DNA from: Octopus bimaculoides
Lineage: Eukaryota
Assembly (NCBI RefSeq): GCF_001194135.2
Contig: NC_068983.1
Coordinates: 18,566,168 to 18,599,694 of the forward strand
Length of the DNA stretch: 33,527 nucleotides
Reading direction: 5' to 3'
Shown: one piece after another, positions 32,768 through 33,527 of the stretch
Layout: each line of letters begins with the position of its first letter
How positions within the stretch are numbered: position 1 is the first letter of the stretch
The notes under the pieces: generated by a model
Databases searched by the model: none
Seen by the model: only the letters and a program-made list of their open reading frames with translations
Told to the model about the DNA's origin: nothing
Program-made: the position numbers and the translations under genes

Positions 32768-33503
32768 CGAGGTGAAGTTAAAAAGTACCCAAACTCGATG
32801 TCTTTGCACAAAATAATGACGCGAGAGCAAACCTCGCATAGGTATTAGGTTGACGCATCCTTCCTGAGTATGCGCAAAACTTTTCGTGTCTGTAGGCTGC
32901 GTCATTCGCCGGCAGAGACGCGTTGAGTGTGCTGTACGATTTTTCTTTTGGAGTCAAGATGACTGTGTGCATTGAGCAAAGATACTGTATCAAATTCTGC
33001 TAAAAACTTGATGATATGCAAGCTCAGAATATCGAGAAAGTTCAGAAGGTATTTGGAGATGATACTATGGGAAAAACAGAAATAGAGGAGTAGTACAACC
33101 TGTTCACAGATGGCCGTACCTCAGTGGACAGTGAGCCATGCTGAGGAAGACCATCGTCTAGCAGAAACGAGGAAATGATTGCAAATTTTTCAGGAATAGT
33201 TTATGAAGACTATCCTGTGACTATTGAGAAGTTTGTTGCCGAAGCTTGAATCAGCCATATTTCGTCCAAGCATTCCTCTCAAGCAAAACACACCACTTGT
33301 TTGTCGGGTTTACTAATCTGTGTGACTTTTGGCTATTCCCAAAGCTTAAAAAGACACTCAAGAGGACATTAAGCAAAATTAGACGGTGCAGCTCTACATC
33401 ATCCTAAAAGGTGATTTCGAGAAATGTTTCCAGCTTTGGCAGGATCGATGATACTCCTGTATTTTCTTTTACCCAATACCAGGAACCTTGCAGAACGTCC
33501 TCA
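32768..33503 (+). mobile_element. Mariner-like element (irritans-like), internally deleted, both ends present, flanked by TA
   Basis: TA|CGAGG at the left end and CCTCA|TA at the right. From ATG 32959 it reads MTVCIEQRYCIKFC*KL..VFGDDTMGKTEIEE*YNLFTDGRTSVDSEPC*GRPSSS. It then jumps to VQAFLSSK..CDFWLFPKLKKTLK..EKCFQLWQDR. Confidence 0.9.
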
Positions 33504-33527
33504 TATATATGTATATGTATATATATA

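Noticed and set aside
33141-33168. CTGAGGA-AGAC/GTCT..GAAAC as a hammerhead
   Set aside because: It lies in mariner coding sequence (GRPSSSRNE), has 4 extra nt before GAAA, and has no stems I or III.

Overview
AT-rich, microsatellite-dense animal (eukaryotic) DNA from a gapped draft scaffold: 10 N-runs, about 3.8 kb in total, nearly all abutting dinucleotide repeats. I recognise no intact protein-coding gene, tRNA, rRNA or CRISPR array. The supplied ORFs are microsatellite or gap artefacts, or pieces of decayed transposons. The window is a transposon graveyard: three mariner (DD34D) remnants, three Penelope-like (PLE) remnants, two RTE-type LINE pieces, an L1/Tx1-like 5'UTR+ORF1 piece, probable CR1/L2 pieces, several tRNA-headed SINEs, a MITE with a telomere-like core, a possible solo LTR and a ~280-bp foldback. 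The SINEs resemble those I recall from octopus, so a cephalopod origin is my inference, not a verified fact. The most interesting signal is a set of hammerhead-ribozyme (HHR) motifs. One is nearly complete (2120-2181, +), one has an intact catalytic core (26729-26784, -), and several are degenerate, including ones inside a head-to-head pair of tRNA-headed SINEs (31678-32197). A few minus-strand micro-exon and AG|GT splice-like motifs hint at, but do not establish, a long host intron. All alignments and folds were done by eye.
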